A DNA stretch of 64,000 nt from Candidatus Dadabacteria bacterium CSP1-2 (GTDB lineage Bacteria; Desulfobacterota_D; UBA1144; Nemesobacterales; CSP1-2): contig LDXN01000002.1 of assembly GCA_001443445.1 (NCBI GenBank), forward strand, positions 20,939-84,938. Reading direction: 5' to 3'. Below, piece after piece: positions 40,720 to 51,192 of this stretch (its first letter is position 1; each line of letters starts with the position of its first letter). The notes below the pieces were generated by a model, which was given only the letters and a program-made list of their open reading frames with translations, was not told where the DNA came from and searched no databases. Both the position numbers and the translations under genes were made by a program.

Positions 40720-42082
40720 ACTAAGCCGTGTTTTAAATTCGACAAATGGTGTTCTTCTTTCAAAATCGGATGAGGCAATATTTACTGGTGTTTCTACAGA
40801 TTCACGTAAGATAAGAAAGGACGAGCTTTTCTTTGCCCTCTATGGAAGTAATTTTGATGGACATGATTTTGTTTTGGAGGCGCTTGAGAAGGGAGCAAAA
40901 GGAGCGGTTATTGAAAGGCCTCTTTTCCTTATTCCAAATGGCAAGGTATTGATCAAGGTTCCTTCTACGCTAGAATCACTAGGTGACCTTGCCTCAACAT
41001 GGAGAAGAAGTTTTGTAAACTTAAGGCTCGCAGCAATTACCGGATCAAATGGAAAAACAACCACTAAAGAAATGGCATCAAACATACTTTCTCTCAAGTT
41101 TTCGGTGCTAAAAAACACAGGAAACTTCAACAACCTAATCGGTCTTCCCCTCACACTCTTAAAACTTAGAGAAGGCCACAATGCAGCTGTAGTTGAGCTC
41201 GGCATGAACGACTTCGGTGAGATAAGAAGGCTTTCTGAGATTGCAGCTCCAGATATTGGAGCAATTACTAATATTGGAAGAGCGCATCTTGAAAAACTTG
41301 GAGGAATAGAAGGCGTTGTAAGAGCAAAGGCGGAGCTCGTTGAGGGTTTCACCGAGAACAAAACATTTGTAACGAACATGGATGATCCTTGGGTAAAAAA
41401 AATTGGAGAGCCTATCAAATGCCATAAGATTAGTTTTGGGATTGATACTCCTCAAACATATATCTCTGCAAAAGATATCGAAACAGTAGAGTTCTCCGCA
41501 GTTAGATTTAGGATGATTGTAGGTGGAGATAAACTCCCTATAAGAATAAGAGGTATCGGTCTCCATAACGTTATGAACGCGCTATGTGCAGCTGGAATTG
41601 CTATTGCTTTTGGATGCAATACAGATGAGATTCAGGCTGGGCTTGAAAGATTCATCCCGGCTTATATGAGACTCGAGGTCATGGATACGTCATTCGGATT
41701 TAAGATAATAAACGATACATATAATGCCAATCCTGATTCAATGAGAAGAGGGGTAGAAGAGCTTGTAAGATTAAAAGGAAGCGGAAGAGCAATAGCGGTA
41801 CTCGGGGATATGCTAGAGCTTGGGATGGCAAGTGAGGCTGAGCATAGAAGCCTAGGTGAGTTTCTTTGTGACTCTAAGGTTGATCTTGTTATAGCTTATG
41901 GAAAACAAGGTGAGCATGTTTTAGAAGTGCTTCGAGGAAGAGCCAAAGGCATATTGGCAGAAACCCATGAAGAGGCAGCAGAGAATTTAATCAAGCTTGC
42001 AAAAGAAGGCGACCTTGTGCTCATAAAAGGGTCTCGTGGAATGCAGATGGAAAAGGTAATTCAAAGACTTTTTAAGGAGTAA
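40712..42082 (+). CDS. murF: UDP-N-acetylmuramoyl-tripeptide--D-alanyl-D-alanine ligase
   Basis: AITGSNGKTTTKEM P-loop and MurF-type N-terminus. Confidence 0.95.
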   Translation: MLELSRVLNSTNGVLLSKSDEAIFTGVSTDSRKIRKDELFFALYGSNFDGHDFVLEALEKGAKGAVIERPLFLIPNGKVLIKVPSTLESLGDLASTWRRSFVNLRLAAITGSNGKTTTKEMASNILSLKFSVLKNTGNFNNLIGLPLTLLKLREGHNAAVVELGMNDFGEIRRLSEIAAPDIGAITNIGRAHLEKLGGIEGVVRAKAELVEGFTENKTFVTNMDDPWVKKIGEPIKCHKISFGIDTPQTYISAKDIETVEFSAVRFRMIVGGDKLPIRIRGIGLHNVMNALCAAGIAIAFGCNTDEIQAGLERFIPAYMRLEVMDTSFGFKIINDTYNANPDSMRRGVEELVRLKGSGRAIAVLGDMLELGMASEAEHRSLGEFLCDSKVDLVIAYGKQGEHVLEVLRGRAKGILAETHEEAAENLIKLAKEGDLVLIKGSRGMQMEKVIQRLFKE

Positions 42083-42088
42083 TCTTCA

Positions 42089-43198
42089 GTGCTATATCTT
42101 CTCTACCTACTTAAAGAAGACTTTTTATTTTTCAATGTATTTAAATACATCACATTTCGTTCGTTTGGAGCAGGAGTCACAGCCTTTTTACTAAGCATTG
42201 TATTAGGAAGGGTGCTTATACAAATTCTTGTTAAGATGCGCCTTAGAGAGAACATTCGTGTGGATGGCCCCATCGGTCACCAATCTAAAATCGGCACACC
42301 AACTATGGGTGGAGCTTTTATTGTTATAGCAGTAGCTATTTCAACGCTTCTTTGGGTAAATCTAACGGTAGGACCTGTCTGGGTCGTCCTACTTTTTACA
42401 CTCGGCTACGGGCTGATTGGGCTTACTGATGACGTGCTAAAACTGAAAAGACGAAAAGGTATGCGTGCAAAGGTCAAACTCTCGTGCCAGGTTTTTTTAG
42501 CTTTAGTATTAATTGTAATTCTCCTATACTTAGTAAAAGGTTTTACAATGTCACTTAGGGTTGACCAGATCTCTAGCTTTCCATTTACATCCGTAATGTT
42601 TCCCTTTTTTAAAAAAGCGATTTTTAATCTAGGTTGGTTCTACGTACCATTTGCAATCCTTGTTGTCGTCGGCACATCAAACGCAGTAAACCTTACAGAC
42701 GGACTAGATGGGCTCGCTATTGGTTCAATGACAATTGTAGCCGCAACCTACATAGTGTTTGCATATCTTGCGGGCAACCTTGAGTTTTCTAGGTATCTTC
42801 AAATTCCTTACATTCCAGGAAGCGGGGAGCTGTCTGTCTTTCTTGCTGCCGTCGGCGGCGCATGTCTTGGATTTCTCTGGTATAACTCTCATCCGGCCCA
42901 GGTTTTTATGGGCGACGTCGGTTCACTTGCCCTTGGTGCTGCTATAGGCTCAGTTGCACTTATAATCAAACAGGAGATTCTTCTTATTTTAGTGGGCGGT
43001 CTATTTGTCGCAGAAGCAATTTCGGTAATAATCCAGGTTGCTTCATTCAAGCTTACTGGAAAAAGGGTATTCCGTATGGCTCCGCTTCATCATCACTTTG
43101 AACTACACGGTTGGTCTGAATCAAAGGTTGTAATCCGATTCTGGATAGTCTCTATAGTGCTTTCGCTTATTGCTTTATCAACACTAAAACTCAGGTAG
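42089..43198 (+). CDS. mraY: phospho-N-acetylmuramoyl-pentapeptide transferase
   Basis: NVFKYITFRS N-terminus, DD motif (GLTDDVLK), NAVNLTDGLDGLA and HHHFE motif. Confidence 0.95.
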   Translation: MLYLLYLLKEDFLFFNVFKYITFRSFGAGVTAFLLSIVLGRVLIQILVKMRLRENIRVDGPIGHQSKIGTPTMGGAFIVIAVAISTLLWVNLTVGPVWVVLLFTLGYGLIGLTDDVLKLKRRKGMRAKVKLSCQVFLALVLIVILLYLVKGFTMSLRVDQISSFPFTSVMFPFFKKAIFNLGWFYVPFAILVVVGTSNAVNLTDGLDGLAIGSMTIVAATYIVFAYLAGNLEFSRYLQIPYIPGSGELSVFLAAVGGACLGFLWYNSHPAQVFMGDVGSLALGAAIGSVALIIKQEILLILVGGLFVAEAISVIIQVASFKLTGKRVFRMAPLHHHFELHGWSESKVVIRFWIVSIVLSLIALSTLKLR

Positions 43199-43250
43199 GA
43201 ATTATCTACTGCAGGGGTTTGATTAATCAAACCCCTGCAATTTCAATTTA

Positions 43251-44588
43251 ATGACCCAAATGGAACTTAGTGGAAGGAAGATACTCGTAGTTGGACTAGG
43301 AAGAACCGGAGTAGAAACGGTTAGATTTCTACTCAAAAGGGGTGCCGTTGTAACGGCAAGCGATATCTCTCCAATTGAGAAGCTACAAAAGGTTGTAACG
43401 GAACTCGAGGGTATGGGAGCAACCATAGAATCGGGTGAACACAGGCTAGAAACCTTCCTTTGGGCGGATATGTTGGTTCTAAGCCCAGGTGTTCCATTTG
43501 GACTCCCAACTGTCAAAGAAGCAATAAAAAGAGGAATAGAAGTAATAAGCGAAATCGAGCTAGCGTCAAGATTTATTAAAAAACCGATAATCGGTATTAC
43601 AGGCTCAAATGGGAAAACAACAACATCAACTATTATTGCTCAAATTCTAGAAGCATCGGGTAAAAGCGTTTTTCTTGGTGCGAATATCGGCACTCCCCTC
43701 GTTCAGATCGCTGAAAAAGATGACAAATACGACCTTTTAGTACTGGAATTAAGCAGCTTCCAGCTTCAGGGCACATCCGCTTTTAAACCCTTTATTGGAA
43801 CAATTCTCAATATCTCTCCTAATCACCTAGATCACCATGAAAACATTGGTGAATACATAGAGTCCAAGATGAAGCTCTTTTCAAATCAGACCTACAACGA
43901 ATGGGCTATATATAATGCTGATGACAACCTAATAAAAGAGCATTTATTCAAAATTAAATCAAAGAAAATCCCATTTGGAGAGACCGCAATTGAGGGAGGT
44001 GTATTCTTCGACGGAACTTATATAAGATTTAGAGACGAGCTCTATGACTTAACAAAGATGAAGCTCATTGGTAAGCACAACATAGAAAACGCAATGGCTG
44101 CAATTGCCTCTACAAGAATCTTAGAGTGTGATCCTAGATTGATTGAGGAGACAATAATAAATTTCAACCCGCTTCCACATAGAATTGAGTTTGTTCGTGA
44201 GCTAAAAGGGGTCAAGTATTATAACGATTCAAAATCTACGAGTCCAGGTGCAACCCTTAGAGCCCTAGAGTGCTTCAAATCACCCATTATTCTTATTGCT
44301 GGAGGAAAAGATAAAGGCGGAGGTCATGAAATCCTTAAGGATACTCTCCGGGAAAGGGTTAAGCTTCTCGTTCTTTTTGGTGAATCAAAATTCAGAATAG
44401 AAAAGGATCTTGGAAAAGAGGTTGAAACAGTTATAGCTTTTTCCCTTGAGGGGGCGATAGAGAAAGCCTTCAAGGATTCTAAGAAAGAAGATACTGTCCT
44501 CTTTTCTCCTGCCTGCTCAAGCTTCGATATGTTTAGCTCTTATGAAGAAAGAGGAAGGAGATTTAAGGAAATTGTTCAAAATCTTTGA
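43251..44588 (+). CDS. murD: UDP-N-acetylmuramoylalanine--D-glutamate ligase
   Basis: KILVVGLGRTG Rossmann motif and GITGSNGKTTT P-loop. Confidence 0.95.
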   Translation: MTQMELSGRKILVVGLGRTGVETVRFLLKRGAVVTASDISPIEKLQKVVTELEGMGATIESGEHRLETFLWADMLVLSPGVPFGLPTVKEAIKRGIEVISEIELASRFIKKPIIGITGSNGKTTTSTIIAQILEASGKSVFLGANIGTPLVQIAEKDDKYDLLVLELSSFQLQGTSAFKPFIGTILNISPNHLDHHENIGEYIESKMKLFSNQTYNEWAIYNADDNLIKEHLFKIKSKKIPFGETAIEGGVFFDGTYIRFRDELYDLTKMKLIGKHNIENAMAAIASTRILECDPRLIEETIINFNPLPHRIEFVRELKGVKYYNDSKSTSPGATLRALECFKSPIILIAGGKDKGGGHEILKDTLRERVKLLVLFGESKFRIEKDLGKEVETVIAFSLEGAIEKAFKDSKKEDTVLFSPACSSFDMFSSYEERGRRFKEIVQNL

Positions 44589-45684
44589 GTCGCAAGGAAC
44601 AGGGTATGACTGGGGAATCATTGCAAGTGTGATATTTCTCTCATCGATGGGTGTGCTTATGGTTTACAGCACAAGTTCCGTATTCGCTTTGGAGAAATTT
44701 GGAGATTCAAGCTACTTCCTTAAACGCCACGCTATATACCTTAGCCTTGGCTTCGCAGTTATGATTATATTGATGAAGCTCAACTACAGCGTTCTAAGAG
44801 GTCTCGTTTATCCAGCTTATGTGATTGGCTTAGTTATACTTGCCTTAGTGCTTATTCCTGGAGTAAGCAAGGAAATAGGCGGGGCAAGAAGATGGATAAA
44901 TCTCGGCATTTGGAGTTTTCAGCCTGCAGAGATTGCAAAATTTCTTCTCATCTTTTATTTGTCATACTCCCTAATGAAGAAAAAAGAAAAAATGGATACG
45001 TTTCTAATCGGCTTTGTCTCTCATCTTGTCATAGCAGGGTCTTATATAATTCTCATCCTTCTTGAGCCTGATTTTGGAATGTCAACAATACTACTTATTG
45101 TGCTTTTCGGGATGCTTTTTATTGGTGGCGTAAACATGAGATATTTAGCTTTTTCATCTTTTGTTGCAGTTATATTTCTAGTATGGGCAGTGATGAGCGA
45201 AGGTTATAGAATGAACCGTGTCACAACATTTTTAAACCCCTGGAAGGATCCACTTGGCTCGGGTTATCAAGCCGTTCAGTCTTTTACGGCATTTGGACTC
45301 GGCGGTATCCAAGGGACCGGCCTCGGTGATAGTACCCAGAAGCTCCTATTTCTTCCAGAGGCACACACCGATTTTATATTCTCAATAATTGGAGAGGAAC
45401 TAGGATTTATAGGCGTCGTATTAATAATCTTCGGATTTGGCTTTCTCATGATAAGAGGAATAAGGATAGCGCTCAGAGCGCCTGATCTTTTTGGCTGTTA
45501 CCTTGTTTTTGGTTGCATTATGCTTGTAACCCTTCAGGCAGGGGTTAACATGGCTGTTGCAGTTGGCTTATTCCCTACAAAGGGGCTGACACTTCCTTTT
45601 ATCAGCTATGGCGGAACGTCTTTAGTAAGCAGCCTTGCAGCCATGGGTATAGTGCTTAGTGTTTCACGACATGGGATAAAATGA
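44542..45684 (+). CDS. ftsW: peptidoglycan glycosyltransferase FtsW (SEDS family)
   Basis: 10-TM SEDS protein with MVYSTSS near the N-terminus and the GGTS C-terminal region. It overlaps murD by 47 nt. Confidence 0.9.
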   Translation: MKKEEGDLRKLFKIFESQGTGYDWGIIASVIFLSSMGVLMVYSTSSVFALEKFGDSSYFLKRHAIYLSLGFAVMIILMKLNYSVLRGLVYPAYVIGLVILALVLIPGVSKEIGGARRWINLGIWSFQPAEIAKFLLIFYLSYSLMKKKEKMDTFLIGFVSHLVIAGSYIILILLEPDFGMSTILLIVLFGMLFIGGVNMRYLAFSSFVAVIFLVWAVMSEGYRMNRVTTFLNPWKDPLGSGYQAVQSFTAFGLGGIQGTGLGDSTQKLLFLPEAHTDFIFSIIGEELGFIGVVLIIFGFGFLMIRGIRIALRAPDLFGCYLVFGCIMLVTLQAGVNMAVAVGLFPTKGLTLPFISYGGTSLVSSLAAMGIVLSVSRHGIK

Positions 45685-46790
45685 AGGTTATAATCGCAGG
45701 AGGAGGCACAGGAGGACACATATTTCCATCCATCTCAATTGCAGAGGAAATCTTAAAAAGGCATATAGAAAACCAGGTTCTTTTTGTAGGTACAAAAAAG
45801 GGCTTGGAAATAAAGCTCCTTTCAAAAAGAGATTACACACTTGAACTTATCAGTTCTGGGGGAATAAAGGGAAAAGGCATAGTAGGAAGTCTTAAGGGCA
45901 TTGCTTTGGCTTTAAAGGGTGTTTTTGATTCTTTGAGAATCATAAGTAGGTTCAAGCCAGATTTAGTTCTTGGTGTTGGGGGTTATGCTTCGGGTCCGCT
46001 AGTTTTTGCCGCAGCCCTGCTTTCAATTCCAACAGCTATATGTGAGCAGAACTCGGTTCCTGGCATTACAAATAGGGTCCTTAGTAGGTTTGTAAAAAGG
46101 GTTTTTGCCTCTTTCGAAGAAAGCAACAGGTTTTTTTCGCAAAAAAAAACTATAGTAGTTGGAAACCCCGTAAGAAGCAGCATTCTGATAAATAAGGAAT
46201 ATAGCCAGGCACACAACGGTTTCACTATCCTTGTTTTTGGCGGAAGCCAAGGTGCACATAAACTCAACCTCCTAGTTCCAAAGGCTTTTGGAACCCTCCG
46301 TAGGAACGACGTCTTTTTAATTCATCAAACAGGTAAAGAAGATCTTGAGGACGTAAGGAAGGCCTATGAATGGTACGGGATTCGAGCGGATGTTCTCCCT
46401 TTCATAGAAGATATAGCAACTGTATACAAAAATGCTAATTTAGTGATTGGAAGGGCCGGAGCAGGAACCGTTGCTGAGATTACAGCGCTAGGAAAACCAT
46501 CAATACTTGTTCCCTACCCATTTTCTGCTTACAATCATCAGTTAGAAAATGCAAAGGTTTTAGAAAAGGCAGGGGCTGCAATTGTAGTTGAAGAAAAAGA
46601 CGCAGTTCCTGAACGGCTTACCGATATTTTAAAAGACTTACTTAATAAGGATAAGCTTAAAGAGATGAGCGAGCGAGCAAGGGTTCTTGGCAAACCCGAT
46701 GCAGCACAAAAAATAGTTGACGAGATGTATAAACTTGCAAGAATTCAGAATCCAGGAGTCAGAATGCAGAAGAACTCTTCCGGCTCCTGA
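45681..46790 (+). CDS. murG: undecaprenyldiphospho-muramoylpentapeptide beta-N-acetylglucosaminyltransferase
   Basis: MKVIIAGGGTGGHIFP N-terminus and GT-B fold. Confidence 0.95.
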   Translation: MKVIIAGGGTGGHIFPSISIAEEILKRHIENQVLFVGTKKGLEIKLLSKRDYTLELISSGGIKGKGIVGSLKGIALALKGVFDSLRIISRFKPDLVLGVGGYASGPLVFAAALLSIPTAICEQNSVPGITNRVLSRFVKRVFASFEESNRFFSQKKTIVVGNPVRSSILINKEYSQAHNGFTILVFGGSQGAHKLNLLVPKAFGTLRRNDVFLIHQTGKEDLEDVRKAYEWYGIRADVLPFIEDIATVYKNANLVIGRAGAGTVAEITALGKPSILVPYPFSAYNHQLENAKVLEKAGAAIVVEEKDAVPERLTDILKDLLNKDKLKEMSERARVLGKPDAAQKIVDEMYKLARIQNPGVRMQKNSSGS

Positions 46791-46866
46791 CTTATGGCTT
46801 CTGAATTCTTTATGCAGGAGTGGCTAATGTTTGGAGTTTGTAATTTGGTCGTTGGAGCTTATTCAT

Positions 46867-48234
46867 ATGTACGGACGGATTAGGAATATCCACTTTGTCG
46901 GAATTGGCGGAATAGGAATGAGCGGTATAGCCGAAGTACTTCTCAACATGGGCTATGGCGTTACAGGCTCTGATTTAAAAAGAACAGATATTATTGATAG
47001 GCTCGAACAACTTGGGGCAAGGATCTTCATAAATCACAGCGCAGAAAACATTGGAAACGCCGATGTAGTTGTTACATCCTCTGCTATAAAGAAAAATAAT
47101 CCTGAGGTTCTAGCGGCGCAATCTCAAAAGATTCCTGTAATTCCCAGGGCGGAAATGTTAGCAGAGCTAATGAGACTTAAATACGGTATTGCCGTTGCAG
47201 GAAGTCATGGAAAAACAACCACAACATCAATGATTTCAACCGTTTTAGGATTCGGTGGTTTTGATCCAACTATAGTTGTTGGTGGCAAGGTTAAGACACT
47301 TGGTTCAAACGCACACCTAGGAAAGGGTAGCTTCATGGTCGTCGAAGCCGATGAAAGTGATGGTTCTTTTCTGATGCTTTCCCCTGTAATCGCAGTAGTA
47401 ACAAATATAGACAGAGAGCATCTTGATTATTATGAAAATATGATTCACTTAGAGGAAGCCTTTTCTAACTTCTTAAACAAAATCCCTTTCTATGGGCTAG
47501 CGGTTCTTTGTCTAGACTGCCCTCGCCTTAAATCAATCATCTCCGCTTTTAAAAAGAGATTTATAACCTATGGATTTTCCCCTCAGGCTGAATTCAGGGC
47601 AGAAGAGGTTAAAGTTAATGGATTTGAAACTCATTTCAAAGTTTTATTTAATAATTCTTTATTAGGAAATGTAAAGCTCAACATTCCTGGAAGGCACAAT
47701 GCCCAGAATTCACTAGCCTCTTTTGGAGTAGGTATGGAGCTTGGAATGAGCTTTGAGCGAATAAGGGATGGACTTGCTGAATTCAGAGGTATTGAGAGAA
47801 GGCTTCAGATAAAGGGTGAAAGTAATGGTGTGTTGGTTATGGATGATTATGGACATCATCCTGAAGAAATTCTTGCAACCTTCAAAACACTAAGGGAATC
47901 GTTTTCAAAAAGGCTTATAGTAATTTTCCAGCCTCATAGATATACTAGAACACAGATTTTATTTAATGACTTCGTCTCAGTATTGGGTGAACCTGATATG
48001 CTTCATATACTTGATATCTACTCGGCAGGCGAAATAACAATTCCCGGAGTTACATCGGAGAAGCTTACTCAAGCAATTAAAGATAAAGGGCACAAGAATG
48101 TATATTATGCAAAGGAACAAGATGAGGTAATTCAGCGTGTCTTGGAGGTCTTAAGACCCGGAGATTTGGTTCTTACCCTTGGAGCTGGCAATGTGTGGAA
48201 GCTAGGAGAAAAAATAGTCGAGGAGCTTTCATGA
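46867..48234 (+). CDS. murC: UDP-N-acetylmuramate--L-alanine ligase
   Basis: IHFVGIGGIGMSG and AGSHGKTTTTSM motifs. The ORF-track start at 46831 is an N-terminal extension. Confidence 0.95.
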   Translation: MYGRIRNIHFVGIGGIGMSGIAEVLLNMGYGVTGSDLKRTDIIDRLEQLGARIFINHSAENIGNADVVVTSSAIKKNNPEVLAAQSQKIPVIPRAEMLAELMRLKYGIAVAGSHGKTTTTSMISTVLGFGGFDPTIVVGGKVKTLGSNAHLGKGSFMVVEADESDGSFLMLSPVIAVVTNIDREHLDYYENMIHLEEAFSNFLNKIPFYGLAVLCLDCPRLKSIISAFKKRFITYGFSPQAEFRAEEVKVNGFETHFKVLFNNSLLGNVKLNIPGRHNAQNSLASFGVGMELGMSFERIRDGLAEFRGIERRLQIKGESNGVLVMDDYGHHPEEILATFKTLRESFSKRLIVIFQPHRYTRTQILFNDFVSVLGEPDMLHILDIYSAGEITIPGVTSEKLTQAIKDKGHKNVYYAKEQDEVIQRVLEVLRPGDLVLTLGAGNVWKLGEKIVEELS

Positions 48235-49133
48235 TCCGTATTGAAAAAGGGCTTGAGAAAATCGGGTGTGAATATAAAAGCCTTTTCTCTATGAGCCGCT
48301 ACACATCGATGCGCGTGGGTGGTTTGGCGGATCTAGTAGTTTATCCTAGGAGCCATCTGGAGCTTATGATAGTTCTTAATCTGCTTACTTCTTTTAATTT
48401 CCCATGGACTGTTCTAGGAGGTGGATCAAATACTATTATTGGCGACTCTGGAATAAAGGGTGTAGTAGTTAGCACGAAAAAGATGCGTGAGATAAAGATA
48501 TTAGGGAGTGGAAAGGTAGTTGCAGAGGCCGGCGCAGTATTAGGCTCAGTTTTAAATAAGTCTATTCGTGCAGAGCTTTCAGGTTTTGAATTTGCTGCAG
48601 GAATTCCAGGAACTGTAGGCGGGGGGGTATTTATGAATGCGGGAGCAAACGATGGAGAAATAAAAGATGTTGTAGAGAAGGTCTGGATCTGGCTAAACGG
48701 AAAGGAGATTATGCTATCAAGAGACGAACTTAAATTTGAATATCGTAAGAGTTATCTGCCCGAAGGGAGTGTTGTCACAAGAGCAATGTTTGGTCTTACA
48801 CGCGGTAACAGAAAGGAAAGTGAAAGAAGGGTTAAAGATTATCTGGATAAGAGAAGTGAAACACAGCCGATTACCATCTCGAATTCCGGCTCTATATTTA
48901 AAAACCCTCCCGAAATTCCTGCAGGAATGCTTTTGGAACAACTTGGTTTTAAGGGGTATCAGATTGGCAGAGCTAGGTTCTCTGAGGTTCATGCCAACTT
49001 TATTGTAAACTCAGGCGGTGCGAGCGCATCGGATGTATTAAAACTCATTGATGCAGCTAAGAAAGAGGCATTTTTAAGAACTGGCATGCTCCTAGAAACG
49101 GAGGTTGAAATCATAGGACAAGAGAAAAGTTGA
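48231..49133 (+). CDS. murB: UDP-N-acetylenolpyruvoylglucosamine reductase
   Basis: FAD-binding domain (RVGGLADLVVYP...VLGGGSNT) and a C-terminal MurB domain. ATGA overlap with the murC stop. Confidence 0.9.
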   Translation: MIRIEKGLEKIGCEYKSLFSMSRYTSMRVGGLADLVVYPRSHLELMIVLNLLTSFNFPWTVLGGGSNTIIGDSGIKGVVVSTKKMREIKILGSGKVVAEAGAVLGSVLNKSIRAELSGFEFAAGIPGTVGGGVFMNAGANDGEIKDVVEKVWIWLNGKEIMLSRDELKFEYRKSYLPEGSVVTRAMFGLTRGNRKESERRVKDYLDKRSETQPITISNSGSIFKNPPEIPAGMLLEQLGFKGYQIGRARFSEVHANFIVNSGGASASDVLKLIDAAKKEAFLRTGMLLETEVEIIGQEKS

Positions 49134-49834
49134 AAAGAAAAAGTAGATTTTTTCCTACACTAATTCTTCTAGGCTTTTTATGCGGCGCTTTTTTTCTAGC
49201 TGTTTTACGCCTCGACTTTTTTACAATAAGGCAAATTGAAGTAACAGGACCTAAAAGGATTTCTCCGAAGGAGATTCTAAAAAGGTCAGGCCTTAGGCCT
49301 GATATCAACATGTTTTCTTTTCTTGAAAGCTCATTAACTGAGGAGATACTTAAAAATCCCTGGATTACAAGCGCTCATATTAAGAGGGAATTACCTGGAA
49401 AGGTTATAATTGAAATAAAAGAAATCGAACCGTTCTGTCTTGTTCTTATGGAAAACGGAGAGCTTTATTATATGAGCAAAACAGGAGAGAAACTTGGTTA
49501 TGCAAATTTTAATGATGGACTTGATTTTCCAGTTTTAACTGGTGAAGTTATAATGAGTCCTGATCTTTTAGCAGGTGCTTTAGAGATTTTAAAACTTTCT
49601 CTTGAAAGTCCTACGCTAAATTGGAGAGAGATTGCGGAAATCAATCTGAATTCAGTCTATGGATTAACAGTTCTTACGACGGATGGACGACGAATTGATT
49701 TTGGGGAGAGCAAGATACCAGAGAAGTGGTATAAGGTAGAAAAAATAATAACGCATGCAAGAGGAATTAATTTAACTGAAAAATACATAAATATAAGTTC
49801 GGGGAAAATAGGTGTTGTAGATTTTAAGCTTTAA
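49130..49834 (+). CDS. ftsQ: cell division protein FtsQ/DivIB (POTRA)
   Basis: 234 aa bitopic protein with a POTRA region, located between murB and ftsA. ATGA overlap with murB. There is no ddl gene between murB and ftsQ. Confidence 0.8.
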   Translation: MKRKSRFFPTLILLGFLCGAFFLAVLRLDFFTIRQIEVTGPKRISPKEILKRSGLRPDINMFSFLESSLTEEILKNPWITSAHIKRELPGKVIIEIKEIEPFCLVLMENGELYYMSKTGEKLGYANFNDGLDFPVLTGEVIMSPDLLAGALEILKLSLESPTLNWREIAEINLNSVYGLTVLTTDGRRIDFGESKIPEKWYKVEKIITHARGINLTEKYINISSGKIGVVDFKL

Positions 49835-49924
49835 TGGATATACCATGACATTATCTCTGCATGATGAAATCAAAGGTAAAGGTGTTAATAACAATAGGAA
49901 TGAATAAAACATAAGGAGAGGAGG

Positions 49925-51154
49925 ATGGGTAAAGAATCCAGCTTAATTGTAGGCTTGGATATTGGAACCACAAAGGTATGTGCGATAGTAGGAGAACCCA
50001 CGTATCCAAATGGGCTTGATATTATAGGTGTTGGAACCTACCCTTCATACGGTCTTAAAAGGGGAGTCGTTGTGAATATCGAAAACACGGTTCAGTCTAT
50101 AAAGCATGCTGTTGAAGAAGCCGAGCATATGGCAGGATGTGAGATACGAACTGTTTTTGCAGGGATTGCAGGAGGACATATTAAAGGAATGGGTGGACAT
50201 GGTATGATTACGCTTAGAAATCGTGAGGTCTCCAAACGTGACCTTGATCGTGTAATAGAATCAGCAAGCGCGCTTTCTATACCGGCAGATAGAGAAATCA
50301 TTCATGTTATTCCTCAGGAATTCAACGTTGACGGTCAAGGTGGAATAAAAGATCCAGTTGGAATCTATGGAATCAAGCTTGAGACAAAGGTTCATATTGT
50401 TACTGGCCAGGTTACAGCCGCGCAGAATCTCGTAAAGTGCATACACCGCGCAGGCATGGATGTAGCCGATATTATATTAGAGCAACTCGCATCAAGCGAG
50501 GCTGTACTTATGCCGGATGAGAAAGAAATCGGCGTAGTCCTAATTGATTGTGGAGGAGGAACAACAGATATTGCGATATTCGTTGGAGGAAGTATAAGAT
50601 ATACAGAAAATCTCACACTAGGAGGCGATCACATAGATAGGGATATAGCTATTGGACTTTCTACCCCATTAGCAGAGGCAAAAAGAATCAAGGAGAAACA
50701 CGGTTCGGCTTACGCCGATCTTGTACCACCAGATGAAACTATCGAGGTGATTAGTGTTGGAGGGAGACGTTCAAGAACTATCCCTAGAAGAGAGCTTGCT
50801 ATGATAATCGAACCAAGGATGGAAGAGATTTTAAGCCTTGTAAAAAGAGAAATAATAAAATCTGGTTATCAAGATTTTCTCCCTGCAGGGGCTGTAATTA
50901 CTGGAGGGACCGTCATAATGGACAACACAGTTGAACTCGCCGAAAAGATCCTAGGGATACCTGTAAGGAGAGGACTCCCAACTGAGGTAGGTGGACTGAC
51001 AGATGTAGTAGCAAACCCAGTCTACTCAACAGGCGTTGGGCTTGTACTCTATGGTACTAGGTATAAAGGCGATAAAAAGCTACGTATTCGCGATGAATAT
51101 GTATTTAAAAAGGTATTTGAAAGGATGAAGACCTGGTTTCAAGAATTTTTTTAG
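49925..51154 (+). CDS. ftsA: cell division protein FtsA
   Basis: Actin-like ATPase motifs (VGLDIGTTKVCAIVGE, DCGGGTTDIAIF). Confidence 0.95.
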   Translation: MGKESSLIVGLDIGTTKVCAIVGEPTYPNGLDIIGVGTYPSYGLKRGVVVNIENTVQSIKHAVEEAEHMAGCEIRTVFAGIAGGHIKGMGGHGMITLRNREVSKRDLDRVIESASALSIPADREIIHVIPQEFNVDGQGGIKDPVGIYGIKLETKVHIVTGQVTAAQNLVKCIHRAGMDVADIILEQLASSEAVLMPDEKEIGVVLIDCGGGTTDIAIFVGGSIRYTENLTLGGDHIDRDIAIGLSTPLAEAKRIKEKHGSAYADLVPPDETIEVISVGGRRSRTIPRRELAMIIEPRMEEILSLVKREIIKSGYQDFLPAGAVITGGTVIMDNTVELAEKILGIPVRRGLPTEVGGLTDVVANPVYSTGVGLVLYGTRYKGDKKLRIRDEYVFKKVFERMKTWFQEFF

Positions 51155-51192
51155 GTTAAAATAGAGTCATCAATCAAGGAGGGGCAAAAGTT